A stretch of 64,000 nucleotides of DNA, from the NCBI GenBank assembly GCA_963575745.1, contig CAUYUJ010000281.1, positions 124,001-188,000 on the forward strand, in the 5' to 3' direction. Positions 38,649 through 50,764 of the stretch are shown here, one piece after another. Origin of the DNA: Prorocentrum cordatum (lineage: Eukaryota). The position numbers and the translations under genes are program-made. The notes below the pieces were generated by a model, which was not told the origin of the DNA, searched no databases, and saw only the letters and a program-made list of their open reading frames with translations. Within the stretch, counting starts at the first letter, position 1. The number at the start of each line of letters is the position of its first letter.

Positions 38649-38884
38649 TGGAGGCCTCCTAGATAAGGGGCCGAGTAGATGGGGTCAGAAGATCGCCCCG
38701 CATCGCTGATGCATCGCCAATGCATCATCGATGCATCGGCGATGCGTCGGCGCCGTCCGCGATGCATCGCCGACTCACCGCCGACGTCGCAACGGGCTCC
38801 ACATCGAGCCGCCTCGCCGATGCACCGGCGATGCGGGGTGATCCTCCGACCCCATCTGCTCGGACCCGATCCAGGAAGCCTCGA
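38649..38884. mobile_element. Long inverted-repeat element flanked by a 13-bp direct repeat
   Basis: CCGAGTAGATGGGGTCAGAAGATCGCCCCGCATCGC / GCGATGCGGGGTGATCCTCCGACCCCATCTGCTCGG; CCGACTCWTCCCT at 38636 and 38885. Confidence 0.7.
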
Positions 38885-39529
38885 CCGACTCATCCCTGCG
38901 CCCACCATCCGCAAGTCCGCCCCGGTGTGATGATGGGCCTGTTGTCCACCACCGCCACCACCACCACCACCATAAGTTGGAGGGGGAGGGGGTCCTCCTC
39001 CTCCTCCTCCTCCTCCTCGTCCTCCTCCTCCTCCTCATCCTCCTCCTCCTCCTCCTTCCCCCCTTCAACTTATGTTGGTGGTGGTGGAAAACAAGCCCAT
39101 CACACCACGTTTCCTGCCGAGCTCGCCGTGGAAGTGAGCGGGGCCACCCGAACGCGGCCTGGGGCGGGCGCTCCGGCCGCGAGCGGGGCGCAGTGCGGCT
39201 GCACGGGGGCCGTGCAGGGCGCGAGGAACGCACGTGGCGTGCACGAGCACCTCTCTCGCTCCTGTCCGCGTCTGCGCAGGTGGTGGGTGACTACTACTTC
39301 TTTTTCTTCTTCCTCGTTTTGATTATGATTGCTATTATGATTGTGTTTCTTCTGAGTGGTCTTCTCTTTCCAGCCTTCCTTTGCTTGGGCCCTCGCCTCG
39401 AACAGAGGATGTGTGCTACCTTTCCTCTCTGCCTTGCCTGCCCTCTTCTCGATCCCTCTCCTCTTGTCTCCGCTTGCTCTCGTCGACCCTGCCTTCTCGG
39501 GAGCGGCCAAGAGGGGGGTGTCCAAGAGG

Positions 39530-39675
39530 GGGGGGGTGCAAATCATGACCAGCGGCATGTGCGCGGCCCAGCGGGGAGGCCAGGGACGTAATGAAACAAG
39601 AAGGGGCGCCATGAAATCTGGGGAAATATCATGGCCCGCGCCATGATATCCACCCCCCCTAGTCATCACCCCCCT
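39530..39675. repeat. Dispersed repeat (second copy near 44840-44980)
   Basis: CAAATCATGAC..GCGGCATGTGCGCGGCCCAG...ATATCATGGCCC..GCCATGAT.TCCACCCCCC shared. Confidence 0.8.
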
Positions 39676-40011
39676 CTTTTCCGCCCCCGACCTTCTCCCC
39701 AGCCTCGCCGAGCTCCAGCCAGTGCAGGACGTTCGGCAATCCGACCCGCGCCAGGTGGTGTGATGGGCCTGTTTTCCACCACCACCACCATAAGTTGAAG
39801 GGGGGAAAAAGAAGGAGGAGGAGGAGAAGGAGGAGGACGAGGAGGAGGAGGAGGACCCCCTTCTCCCCAGCCCTCGCCGAGCTCCAGCCAGGGCTTTCGG
39901 CAGTCCGACCCGCGCCAAACCTGTCCCTCCACCACGGAAGACTGGGGATCCCCGGTGGGAGCTCCCGAGAACGAGGGCCCCGCAGGACGGGAGCGTCCGA
40001 CAGACCCAGTC

Positions 40012-41476
40012 TGAAGTCCGGCGTGTCCCCCTACAGGGGGACTTGCGACGGATTTTTTTTTAATGCCCAAACAAATGGCCAACAAAATACTCAAATTATC
40101 CCAGTGCGACCCTACCTAGGAGTTGGAGCCCCTAGGAAAGCAGCATTAGTAGTAACAGTAAAGCTAAGCTAAAGCTAAGCTAACGCTAAGCTAAAGCTAA
40201 GCTGAAGCTGAGCTAAAGCTAAGCTAAAGCTAAGCTACGGCTAAGCTAACACTAAGCTAATGCTAAGCTAAAGCTAAGCTGGCGCTAAGCAAAAGCTAAG
40301 CTAACGCTAAGCTAAAGCTAAGCTAAAACTAAAGCTAACGATAAGCTAAAGCTAAGCTAACGCTAAAGCTGAAGCTAAAGCTAACGCTAAGCTAAAGCTA
40401 AGCTAACTAAGATGAAGCTAAGCGAAAGCTAAGCTAAAGCTGAGCTAAGGCTAAGCTCAAGCTACGCTAAAGCTAAGCTAAAGCTAAGCTGAAGCTAAGC
40501 TAAAGCTAAGCTAAAGCTACGCTAAATCTAAGCTAAAGCTAAGCTAACGCTAAGCTACAGCTAAGCTAAAGCTAAGCTAAAGCTAAGCTAAAGCTGAAGC
40601 TAAAGCTAAGCTACATCTAAGCTAACGCTAAGCTAACACTAAGCTAAAGCTAAGCTAACACTAAGCTGAAGCTATGGTAAAGCTAAGCTAAACCTAAGCT
40701 AAAGCTAAGCTAAATATAAGCTAAAACTAAGCTAACACTAAGCTGAAGCTAAGCTAAAGCTAAGCTAACGCTAAGCTAAATCTAAGCTAAAACTAAGCTA
40801 ACGCTACGCTAAGGCTAAGCTAAATCTAAGATGAAGCTAAGCTAAAGCTAAGCTGAAGCTAAGCTAAAGCTAAGTTAAAGCTAAGCTAACGCTAAGCTAA
40901 CACTAAGCTGAAGCTAAGCTAAAGCTAAGCTAAAGCTAAGCTAAAGCTAAGCTAAAGGTAAGCTAAAGGTAAGCTAAAGCTAAGCTAACACTAAGCTAAA
41001 GCTAAGCTAAAGCTAAGCTAAAGCTAAAGCTAAAGCTAAGCTAAAGCTAAAGCTAAGGCTAAAGCTCCCAGGGGACTGGGGGAACCGCGGGGCGGGGACT
41101 GGGGGAACCGCCCGGGGCGGTTAGAATTGCCCGGCCCTTTAAGCAAAGAGAGTAAGAACCCTTCTAGGCAGAGCCTAGGTATGGAAACATACTCCCCCGA
41201 CCATTTGTTTACTATTCTTGGATATCCCCCCTGCTATCTTTACTAATTTTGGATGTTTATTATGTTTACGCAAAATTGCTCCAAAATGCGCAAATAATAT
41301 TAAACTGAGCAAAACATGCTATACAAGATAGTCCCCCGACTACGTTTGTTTCATATGTTTTTGATCATCTTGTTTTTTTGGATACTTGTAAGAAAAAATA
41401 CTCAAAACATAGTCCCCCGACTATTTTTATACTATTCTTGGACATCCCCCCCTGTAGAGAGACAGGCTCGTTCTCA
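40012..41476. mobile_element. Mutator-like MITE family C, copy 3, carrying a satellite
   Basis: TGTCCCCCTACAGGGGG / CCCCCTGTAGAGAGACA ends; flanks ACCCAGTC / ACCTGGTC. Confidence 0.6.
40159..41066. repeat. (GCTAAGCTAAA)n 11-bp satellite, ~80 units
   Basis: Seen directly; coincides with the ORF-free gap in the track. Confidence 0.97.
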
Positions 41477-42470
41477 ACCTGGTCGGTGGCGCGCCCGGAA
41501 GCTCTCTGCGGCCGTGGGCCGCCGCGCGCTCTCCGGCACGCGCTGCCCCGGAGCCGGCGTGCGCGGAGCCCGCGGCTGGCCGCGCCGCGGCTCCCGAGAG
41601 GGGGGCCCTGCCCGGCTGCCGCAGGGCAGGAGGCCGGCTGCCGTCCACCGGCGGCGCCGGGCCAGGCGGGGGCCCGAAGCGGGCACGCAGGTGGGGAAGA
41701 GGAGGGAGGAGGAGGCGGAGGAGGAGGAGGCGGAGGAGGAGGAGGAGGAGGAGGAGGAGGAGGAGGAGGAGGAGGAGGAGGTGGGGCGTGGCCTGGAGGC
41801 GCAGCGAGTGCCATTCACCTACCTCTGAGCCCACATTTCTGGCTGTGGGCTCGGAGGAGAGGAGGAGGAGGAGGAGGAGGAGGTGGAGGGGGAGGAGGAT
41901 AAGGAGAAGGAAGATAAGCAAGGGCGCTGTGCGACTATCCCCTGCGGCCCAGGCGGGCCACACACGCAAACAGAAACCACACCGGCGAGGCAGGAGAGGG
42001 GAAGGAGGACGGGGCGAGGAACGGCGGTGATGGAGGGACGGGGCGAAACAACTCGTCGCCCGTGACTGGGGAAGCCAAAAAGTACGAACACCGCTGCTCT
42101 GACCTCTCCCGGGGTGCGTTCTGACCAGGATTTCGAAGCGAATCCAGCGGTGGCAACGAGGGCTTCCCACGAGGCTCAAAAATGGGTAATCTGCCGAAGG
42201 GCAGAGACGTGGGTACCTTTTCCTCCTCTGAGGTTCGGGCGTTCGTTCGCCCCAGTTGCAAGGAGTAGAGCCCGTGAGGAGCGGGAGCCCCCCACAACCA
42301 AAATGTCCGAGACGGGTTATCGCGGAGTCGGTGCGCGGACTGGCTATCGCGGAAAGATGGGCGCACACCGCTGGAGTGAGGGAGGAGTGAGGGAGGAGGA
42401 GGAGGAGGAGGAGGAGGAGGAGGAGGAGGAGGAGGGGGAGGGGGAGGGAGAGCGAAAGATCGAGAAGGAA

Positions 42471-42501
<31 letters not shown>

Positions 42502-42814
42502 TATTGATGGGGATACACACAGACGCAGCACATAACAGCAAGGCACCAAGAGTCCGAGGAGACCTGCATGCCCGAGATGACCTCATCGCGCGATGCGCCA
42601 CCACACAGGGGAGCTGAGCACACTGGAGGTTGAGGGCGACGAGGAGGAAACAGGGCGGACAAGCAGGATGAGAGGTATGAGGAGGAGGAGGAGGAGGAGG
42701 AGGAGGAGGAGGAGGAGACACCGCAGCCACAGGAGCACGAGCAGGCGAACAGGGAGGAGCAGGGCGGACGAGCAGGAACGAGCAGGCGAACGAGCAGGCG
42801 AACAGGCGAACAGG

Positions 42815-42969
42815 GAAAAGAACTATGCACATGCACCGATTCTGGCCAGGCCCATCCTGAGCCCAGGATCGGTGCATACGCCCTCCTAACTTGGCCAGGA
42901 AGGCATATGCACCGATCCTGGGTCAAAAATGGGCCTTGCCAGGATCGGTGCATGTGCACAGTTCTCTTC
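42815..42969. mobile_element. Palindromic MITE-like element
   Basis: GAACTATGCACATGCACCGAT...ATCGGTGCATGTGCACAGTTC with internal ATGCACCGAT inverted repeats. Confidence 0.7.
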
Positions 42970-43684
42970 GCCCGAAATGTCGGGGCGTTGACCTAAGGAA
43001 CCCTAAAGAAGGAGCGAGGCCCCTTTTACCATAAGTTGAACTTCGATTTCCCATCGGAAACATAAGGAAAACCCGAGGCAAGCTGTGGAACAATTGAGGA
43101 GCACGGAGCCCCTCCCCAACGAAAAGGGTTCCTTCTTCAGGGACCCGACTGTAGGAAGACAACGCCGATCCTCAGGGCCCCGTCAGCCCGGACACGGCAG
43201 ACCAGGAAAAACACGGCATCCTTCGAAACGACTTGTTCCAGAGTGCGGCACACGAGAACAAAAAGCTGCACTGCGACACTTCTGGAAGAGAGCCGGACAC
43301 AGGCCCTCAAAAAGCATGCAGAGAACGCCCTGTAGACCGGGACAGAGGACCTGAAGCCTGCAGAGCAGCAGCAAGAAACTGCACTGGACGACTAGACCCG
43401 ACTTTTTGCAGGAGAGGGTGCTGCTTCCCCGGCGTGCCTCTGTCCTGGTTTGTCTGTGTCCTGGTCTCCAGGGGCCCGGGATCCTGCCCAGTGGCCAGCG
43501 CCGGTGCGGGAGCTCCTTTCGACCAGGGACGCTCTGACGGAGGACGCACTAGCGAGCACCCACTCGAGATCAATACTGCGCGGTGAAAGCAAGATCGTGA
43601 GAAGATGAACGCGGCATCCGGGGAGAGAGACAGGATAGCCGTACTCGTCTGGAGTATCTGCTGATGAAGGAACAAGCATATTCG

Positions 43685-44052
43685 TACACACACACACACA
43701 CACTGTGTATATATATATATATTACGTATGTAGGTGTACATCCATGAATAAGTGTATATATATACATACATATAGGTGCACATGTATATCGAGAGAGAGA
43801 GCAGGAGAGAGAGAGAGAGAGAGAGAACACTATGTAATATAACGAGAGCGAGAGAGAAAGGAGACAGAACGGAAGAGAGAGGGGGAGGTATGGAACCACG
43901 CAGGCAGACGCAACACACATGTTTAGCCACACGCGCACGCAGACTGAGCATGTGCAGAGGGACGGGAAGAGAGAGAGAGAGAGAGGGCGAGAGAAAGAGG
44001 GAGATGTGAAGAGATAACGAGACAGATAACGAGACAGATAAAGGGGGGATCT

Positions 44053-44085
<33 letters not shown>

Positions 44086-44622
44086 TATATATATGTATAT
44101 AGACAATTCAGACGAATATTGTTTTTATATATATATATATATATATATATACATTCCATGTCTGTAAACGTACATTCACATACGGAAAACGTACACGTCC
44201 CATAGGCTAATGAAACAACAGCGTTCGCCACGTATGGAAATAAACAGAGACAGAGAGGGCGAGAGGGAGGAAAGGGATGCAGCGACAAAGAGAGAAAGAG
44301 AGAGAGAGAGAGAGAAACAGAAAAAAGAGAGAGAGAGGGAGAGACAAGAGAGAGAGAGAGAGAGACAGAGGGAACGACGTCGACAGAGGGAGAGAGAGAG
44401 GGAGAGAGAGAGAGAGAGGAAGAGAGAGAGAGAGAGAGAGACACACACACACACGGAGCGTGAGAGAGAGAGAAAGAACAACAACGATCAAGGGAGAGAG
44501 AGAGAGAGAGAGAGAGGTTGCCCGACGGTGCTCATGACGTGTATGTGTGTATACACATATATCAAGAGGGCGAAATCGTCTAAGAGAGAGAGAGGGAGAG
44601 AGAAAGAACGAGAGAGAAAGAG
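43685..44622. repeat. Compound (GA)n/(TA)n/(CA)n/(TACA)n microsatellite
   Basis: Seen directly. Confidence 0.95.
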
Positions 44623-44670
44623 AGGTGCAGGGGGACGAGCCAGGGAGCCAGCACGACGAGAATATCCAGC

Positions 44671-44742
44671 CTCACCCTGCACGAGCCAGCCGAAGTTGTA
44701 GTCAAGCTTGCAGTGTGTGAATTTGAGGGAGTCCTGCTGCTC
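44671..44742 (-). CDS. HD-like host gene, exon 5: EQQDSLKFTHCKLDYNFGWLVQGE
   Basis: CAG acceptor, GC donor, 72 nt; not represented in the ORF track. Confidence 0.75.
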
Positions 44743-45548
44743 CTGTCAGATGCTGCCAGCAAGAGGCGATTGATCACCAGGGGGCGATGAAGGAGGAATC
44801 TGATCGAGGGCGTCTGGGTGGGGGGGGGGGGGGGGGGGGGGGGGGGCGCAAATCATGACTGGCGGCATGTGCGCGGCCCAGGGGGGGCCGGGGACGTATT
44901 GAAATGAGAAGAGGCGCCATCAAACCTGGGGAGATATCATGGCCCCTGCCATGATCTCCACCCCCCCTTAGTCATCACCTCTTTCTTTGCCGCCCCCGAG
45001 ATGAGGAAGGGCAAGCGGAGGAGGAACTGAAGCTGCAGAGGGGCGGCGACGAGGGGTAGTCGAAGATGAGGGTGAGGACGTGGCAGAGGAGGACGACGAA
45101 GACGATGATGAAGATGATGACACGCACATTGATGTCAATGAGCTGGGGAAGAAGGGGTCGGGGAGAGGGAGATGCATGGAAGACGAAATACAGAAGACAT
45201 AGCGAATGCCGACGAAGCGCGAACGACTACCAAGTCACTACCAATATCCGGGAGAGGTTGGCAGGAAACGAATGTTTGAGCTGTACTGCTGATGACGCGG
45301 CTGCAGAGGTCTCTTTCTCCTCCACCAGCTCCTCATCGCCTTGGGGTCGTACTGTCGCTGCCCCTCATGTCCGTTCCCCTGCGCCTCCGTCTGGCTCTGC
45401 CGCAGGCCCTGGGTATGCGTGCTGCTGGTCCTTCTTATGCTGCTGATGCTTCTTGAACTCGTCCACCTTCTCTTCTGATGCTGCTGCTGCTGCTGATGCT
45501 CCTGCTCCTCCTCATTATTCTGCTGCTCCTCCGCCATGATCCGCTTTC

Positions 45549-45748
45549 TCGACCTCGAGCCCGGGTGGGAAGTCAGAAGGAGTGGGCCAGCTCAGAAGGC
45601 TCCGAAGTCCCCCGGCCCTCTGAGAAGTTCCCTAAGCCTTCCCCGAAGACGCAGAAGACCACTCGGAAGGCGCGAGGGCTTCCGAGAACTCCCGCCGCCT
45701 TCTGGGAAGGCCTTCTCAGTCTCACATCCCCCCCTTGCTCGCCGCCGA
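45549..45748. mobile_element. MITE family B, uninterrupted 200-bp copy
   Basis: TCG...CGA ends, right TIR as at 3736-3755, 5-bp TSD CTTTC. Confidence 0.75.
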
Positions 45749-46003
45749 CTTTCAATCTTCCCCCCCATCCGGGCCCTGTCCTTCGACTGCGGCCTTGCGT
45801 TGGGTGTGGGCGACTCCGCGCCAGGGTCCGGGCTGCAGGAGGCCCCCTGCTCCGTACACCCTGCGAAATGCTTAAGAAATCATGGGTTAAGAAACTCATA
45901 GTCTCAGAACTTGAATAAAAACCCAACAGTTCTATTGAAAATCTTGGGATTTACATTGAAACATTAAGAATAATCGAGACTCTGGTCGAAAACTTAGGTT
46001 TTC

Positions 46004-46792
46004 TTAAGCATCGCCTAAGGTGTAGGGGTCGTTCTCGAACGGGGCGCGCAAAGACGTACTACTGTGTGTCCTCCTCGGAGGCGCGCGTCCGACCCGGCCA
46101 TGTAGTATATCCACCCTGTAACATGTCGTTTCCCGAGCGGTGTGGCCCGAAACCGCCCCCCCACGGAGCATGTACCATAAGATTTCTCGGCGCGCCCGTC
46201 GCCCCTGAGGGGGCGACGCACACATAGCATTAGTATGCTGAGGTGACGCCGATGAAGAGCCGTTCAGGGCATCGGTGCATGATCCCCAGGGAGGAGAAAT
46301 TCCCCTCCCCCTACATCCCTGCAGGGATGTATCTTCATTTCGGGAAGTGCTCCATGGAAAGACAATACTATGATAATCCTCAATTGCATCAAAACGCCAA
46401 TCCTTGGGACTTCGACGCCGCACTTCAACTTGAGTGTTGCGTCCTGAGGCTCCTAGCTCGTTCCAGATCAATGATCCTGCACCTTGAACCCTGCAATTCC
46501 TTTCAACGGTTGCAAGCTTGTAGAGAGAATGTCCAAGGTGCTTCGACGAAAACCACATTTCAAAAACGAGCTGGCCTCCATTCATGAGACTGCTCTATGC
46601 TTGTAAAGCGAGAAACACATGTTGAAAGTTACCTGTTGGAAGATCTGAACACACATGTGCGCGGCGCGAAGGGGAGAGTCGCACATTGAAATCAACTCCC
46701 TTCCATGCCTGGAACTGTTGCAGATTCCAAGCTTCAGGGTCATAAGAATCTAGGAAGTCTCGGGCGAAACAACCGGCCCGACCTACGGACAC
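46004..46792 (-). pseudogene. Possible decayed intronless coding sequence, weakly class I methyltransferase-like
   Basis: Two ORFs in the same frame separated by one TAG: FQHVFLALQA*SSLMNGGQLVFE, reminiscent of LKPGGxL. Confidence 0.25.
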
Positions 46793-47431
46793 GTCTGGGG
46801 ATGCGACACGGAGGAGTTAGTTAGCAGGAAAAGGGAAGGAGGATGAGGGTGGAGGCTTGACCCAACAAGAAAACCGAGAGGAGGGAGGACGATGCCAGCC
46901 ACGGGATGACACACGGGGGTCTGCCCCCCTCGCTGCCAGCCGCAAAGTCTCCTCTGACCTCTGGGCTACCGGCCTCGAGCTAGGGTGGTCAATGGGGAGG
47001 AGGAGCGCAAGCAGCACGATGCGCTGCACGAAGCACGAGGAGGAGATTCTTTAAAGGACCAGGGAAGGAGGAGGAGGAGAAGGAGGAGGAGGAGGGGCAA
47101 GGGGGTCATTGCGGGAGGAGGAGGAGGAGGAAAACCATTGGAGGACCAGGGAAAAGGAGAACGGTGCGCAGCAGGAAGGAGGAGGAGGAGGAGGAGGAGG
47201 AGAAAGAGGAGAAAGAGGAGGAGGAGGAGGAGGAGAAAGAGGAGAAAGAAAGAGGAGGAGGAGGAGGAGGAGGAAGAGGAGGAGGAGGAGGAGGAGGGGG
47301 GGGGAGGGGGAGGGAGGAGGAGGAGGAGGAGGGAGGAGGAGGAGGAGGAAGGGCCAAGGGGAGGGGAGGCAGGACGAGAGGACGGACGAGGGCGGGACGA
47401 CCGTGACCGCGACCGAGGGGGGGACGGCGGC

Positions 47432-47506
47432 CTTCGGCAGCCCGTAGAACGAGGGGAGCGCGCTGGGGCAGTGCTCGAGCACGTAGCTCAGGGCGATGTC
47501 GTGGTC
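47432..47506 (-). CDS. HD-like host gene, exon 4: DHDIALSYVLEHCPSALPSFYGLPK
   Basis: CAG acceptor, GC donor, 75 nt. Confidence 0.75.
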
Positions 47507-48757
47507 CTGCACGGCGCGCGAGGGGCGGCCGGCGTGATCGTGGCCGTTGTCGTGCTCGTGCTCGCCGCCGCCGTCTTCGACGTTAACTATGGTGGTCGCC
47601 GTCTTGCTCTCCTTGTCATGATCTCCTCTGCTTCGTCGTCGTCGTCCTCCTCCTCCTCCTGCGACACCTCCTTCTCGATCTCTTCCTCTCCTCCTTCTGC
47701 TTCTGCTCTGGCCTCTGATCCCTCCCTGCCTCTGAAACTCCCTCTCCTCCTCCTCCTCCTCCTTCTCCTCCGCCTTCCCCCCTCCTTTTTTATGTGTCCC
47801 CCCCATTATCCCCATCTTTTTCAATTGGCTCCTCCTCCTCATTCTCCTCCTCGTCACCAACCTCCTCATCATCTTTGGCATTCTGCTCACGCCTGCCTCC
47901 TTCCCTTTTCCTCGCCTTGCCCCCTCCTCTCTATCAACTCGTTCCGCCTCCTCTTCTTGCTCCTCGTCATAACATCCGCTCTTGCTCCTTCTCCTTCTCT
48001 CTCCCCCTCCTCCTCCTCCTCTTCCTAATTCCCCTCCTCCTCCCTCTCGCACTTCTCTATTCTGTCCCTCCACCTGCTCCCGGGACGCCGAAGGGCCTGA
48101 AGACTTGCGGGGAGACGCCATGTTTTGCTGAGGGCGAGGGGGGGAGGGAGGGGGCATTCTTCTTCTTCTCCTCCTCCTCCTCCTCCTCTTCCTCCTCCTC
48201 CTCGTGTTCATCATCCGCCTCGTCTTCCTCTCCCTCTTCCTCCTTCTCCTCCTCCTCCTCCTCCGCCTCCTCATCCTCCTCTACCTCCTTGCGTTCCTCG
48301 CCCTCCTCCTGCTCTTCTTGTTCCTCCTCCTCCTCCTCCTCCTCCTCCTCCTCCTCCTCCTCCTCCTCCCGCCTAGTTTTCACTCCTCACTCTGTCAGCA
48401 TCGTTTTTTTCTCCTCCCCCCTCCAACTCCAACAGCTCCTCCAGCTCCTCCTTCCTCATTCTCCTCCTCCCTCCTCCCTCTTCCTTATCGAGCCGCCATG
48501 CCGGCTCGAGGGGCCCCTGGGTGCGGTTACAAGGTAACCGCGCGCCCCTCCTCGGGAAGGCTGCCAGACGCGCCCCTGGCTCAGCCGCCGCCGCCGCCAT
48601 AGTGCTGCCGCGCCGCGAACGCCCAGGTGGCCGTGACCACGCAGGACGACAGGGCGAGCCGTCCTGGCACAGACGGCTACGAGCACAGCGTGGACGGGCA
48701 AGGGTGCTCGTCCGCCTGGCCGCAGCCCGACGACTACTTTCGCAGCACCACAGTGCA

Positions 48758-50461
48758 ATGCGGCCGCAGGGCACCCCTCCGCCTTGGGCAGCCGCCAGTG
48801 CTCATGCCCCAGGAGGCAAAGGAGCGGCCAACAGCAGCAAGGGAGAGCCCCCTACGCAGTCAGCACAGCATGGAGCCGGACGTGCAGATGGTTCCTGGTG
48901 TTGCTCAGCTTGCGGCACATACAACTGGCCAAGTCAGAAGATATGTTCATGGTGCTTCCCGCCCCAGCAGAGCGCCCGCAGGTCCAGAGACAAGCCCAGA
49001 TCCAAGACCCCCAGCAGGAAGAGGGATCAGAAGGCAACTTCCGATGCCCCAGCACTTGCCGCCACGGGGAATGCTACTGCCTCTTCGGTGAGCATCCCCC
49101 CCGCATCAGCGGAGGCGGCCAGGGCGCACCCGAGCTGGGTGGATCCACCTACCGACGTGAAGGATTTGGCCAACCATCGGACCACCCTGAAGAGTTCGTT
49201 GAAGGCACTCGAGCAGCAATTGACATGTCAAAGATCACTCAACATGAACGGGCAGCGCGTGCAGATGCTGGAGTTAGAGTACGCCACCATCCTGTACATG
49301 TACATCGCAGCGCAGCCCCCGCGGGAACGCACCAACCACCAAGTCATGCACCTCGAGCGAGCTCGCGCTCGCTTGCAGACAGCAGCAGAGACCGAGTCCG
49401 AGGCCAAGGCGCAGCTCGCCAAGGCCACTTCAGCACGCATCGCGCTGGAAAAGGACGTGGGGCAGGCAGAGGTGTTGCTAGAGACGTTCAAGACACAGCA
49501 GGCCGAAGCCGAACAAGCCGAAGCGCAAGCTGCCGCCCAGAAGAGGACGGTCACCTTCGGCGGAGACGGAGACGCAGAAATGACACAATCGCCATTTTCA
49601 CCAGCTGCAAGCCCTCCATCGACTGCAGCACAGCCACCAGGGCAATTCAGTCCAGGGGCCATGGCGACGTCACCGTTTGCGCCATCACCATATACGCAGA
49701 TGATGGCAATGCCAGCTCATGGCCCCTCAGTCATACATCAACTTCAGCAAGGACATGCTACGCTCACAGGCCAGTTGGCCACATTGACCACGCAGTTCGC
49801 AGCGCTGCAATCATCTCTGAGCGCAGTGACCGCCGGCTTGCAGCATCAGACTCAAGCCGACGCAGCATGCACCGGCAGCAACGTGGACAAGGGCGCTACA
49901 GCGGCGAGAGACGCCACCCGAGGCGCAACCGCCAGTGGCACGGGGCAGGCCCCCGCGAATGCCCCCCCAGCCCAGCAGCCCCATGCAGGAACGCCACGGC
50001 AACACGCTGCTGCCGCCGCCGCTGGAGGCCCACTGGCGGGCCTCGGCCGGGCTCCACCGCAGCACATGCCTGCTGGGCAGAGGGCCGCAGGGCGAGCCTT
50101 TGCGAAGCCGCCGCCGCCAGGCCAGCTCCCCCTTCAGTGGGGCCCCGCCCGAGGCGTCCAGACCGCCGACGGAGCGGAGGTCCCAGCTGGCGAGCACGAC
50201 GAGGACGACCTGCCCAATATCTCGGCAGAGGAACGAGCTGCTGCAGTAGCCCTGGGAGTGTTAGCACCGCCAGATCCACCCGCCGCGCCTCGCAAGAGGC
50301 CCGAGGAGGACACGACGCCCGAGGACGCACCAGCCCACAAGTTGCAGACGTTGCCGTACGAGGAAGAACCGCCTACACCACCATCGGGAACGACCGCCCC
50401 AGGCACAGGCCCCTTCCTATCGCAAGCAGAAGCCGTTTTTCGTGCAGCGGAGGAGAGTTGA
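48758..50461 (+). CDS. LINE ORF1: RanBP2-type zinc finger, coiled coil and low-complexity tail
   Basis: DGSWCCSACGTYNWPSQKICSWC fits W-x-C-x2-C-x3-N-x6-C-x2-C; helical A/E/Q-rich stretch; frame is open from 48521 and the ATG choice is tentative. Confidence 0.8.
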   Translation: MRPQGTPPPWAAASAHAPGGKGAANSSKGEPPTQSAQHGAGRADGSWCCSACGTYNWPSQKICSWCFPPQQSARRSRDKPRSKTPSRKRDQKATSDAPALAATGNATASSVSIPPASAEAARAHPSWVDPPTDVKDLANHRTTLKSSLKALEQQLTCQRSLNMNGQRVQMLELEYATILYMYIAAQPPRERTNHQVMHLERARARLQTAAETESEAKAQLAKATSARIALEKDVGQAEVLLETFKTQQAEAEQAEAQAAAQKRTVTFGGDGDAEMTQSPFSPAASPPSTAAQPPGQFSPGAMATSPFAPSPYTQMMAMPAHGPSVIHQLQQGHATLTGQLATLTTQFAALQSSLSAVTAGLQHQTQADAACTGSNVDKGATAARDATRGATASGTGQAPANAPPAQQPHAGTPRQHAAAAAAGGPLAGLGRAPPQHMPAGQRAAGRAFAKPPPPGQLPLQWGPARGVQTADGAEVPAGEHDEDDLPNISAEERAAAVALGVLAPPDPPAAPRKRPEEDTTPEDAPAHKLQTLPYEEEPPTPPSGTTAPGTGPFLSQAEAVFRAAEES

Positions 50462-50764
50462 GGAACGACGAGCTGCCTGAGCAGCCCGCCAGCTTCGGCA
50501 TGCAGGACCTCTCTCCTCTGGAGTACCAGATATCGGATCAGGGGTGCCCTACACCCCCTGACGTCCCCTGGGATGAACACGCCTTCCTCAGAGGATGCGA
50601 TCGGTCCCCTCTCCCACACACCACGGCACTTGCTGGCATGCTCCAGCTGCCTTGGGAGGCCCAGCTCGATCGGGACATCCTGGGCCTATCGCAATATCTA
50701 CGCTCATCCACTGTTTCGGCCCTTTCAGGTCTCTCTACCCTGCAGGACTGATCCGAATGGGCTT

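Noticed and set aside
40159..41066. Telomeric repeat
   Set aside because: The unit is GCTAAGCTAAA, not TTTAGGG-like, and it lies inside a TIR element
48074..48127. QNMASPRKSSGPSASREQ as the exon preceding DHDIAL
   Set aside because: 57948-58019 gives a coherent join that links to the HD-containing exons; this island remains unexplained
48784..50499. 655-aa alternative-frame ORF overlapping LINE ORF1
   Set aside because: Arg-rich shadow frame; only its 3' end from the ATG near 50500 plausibly begins ORF2
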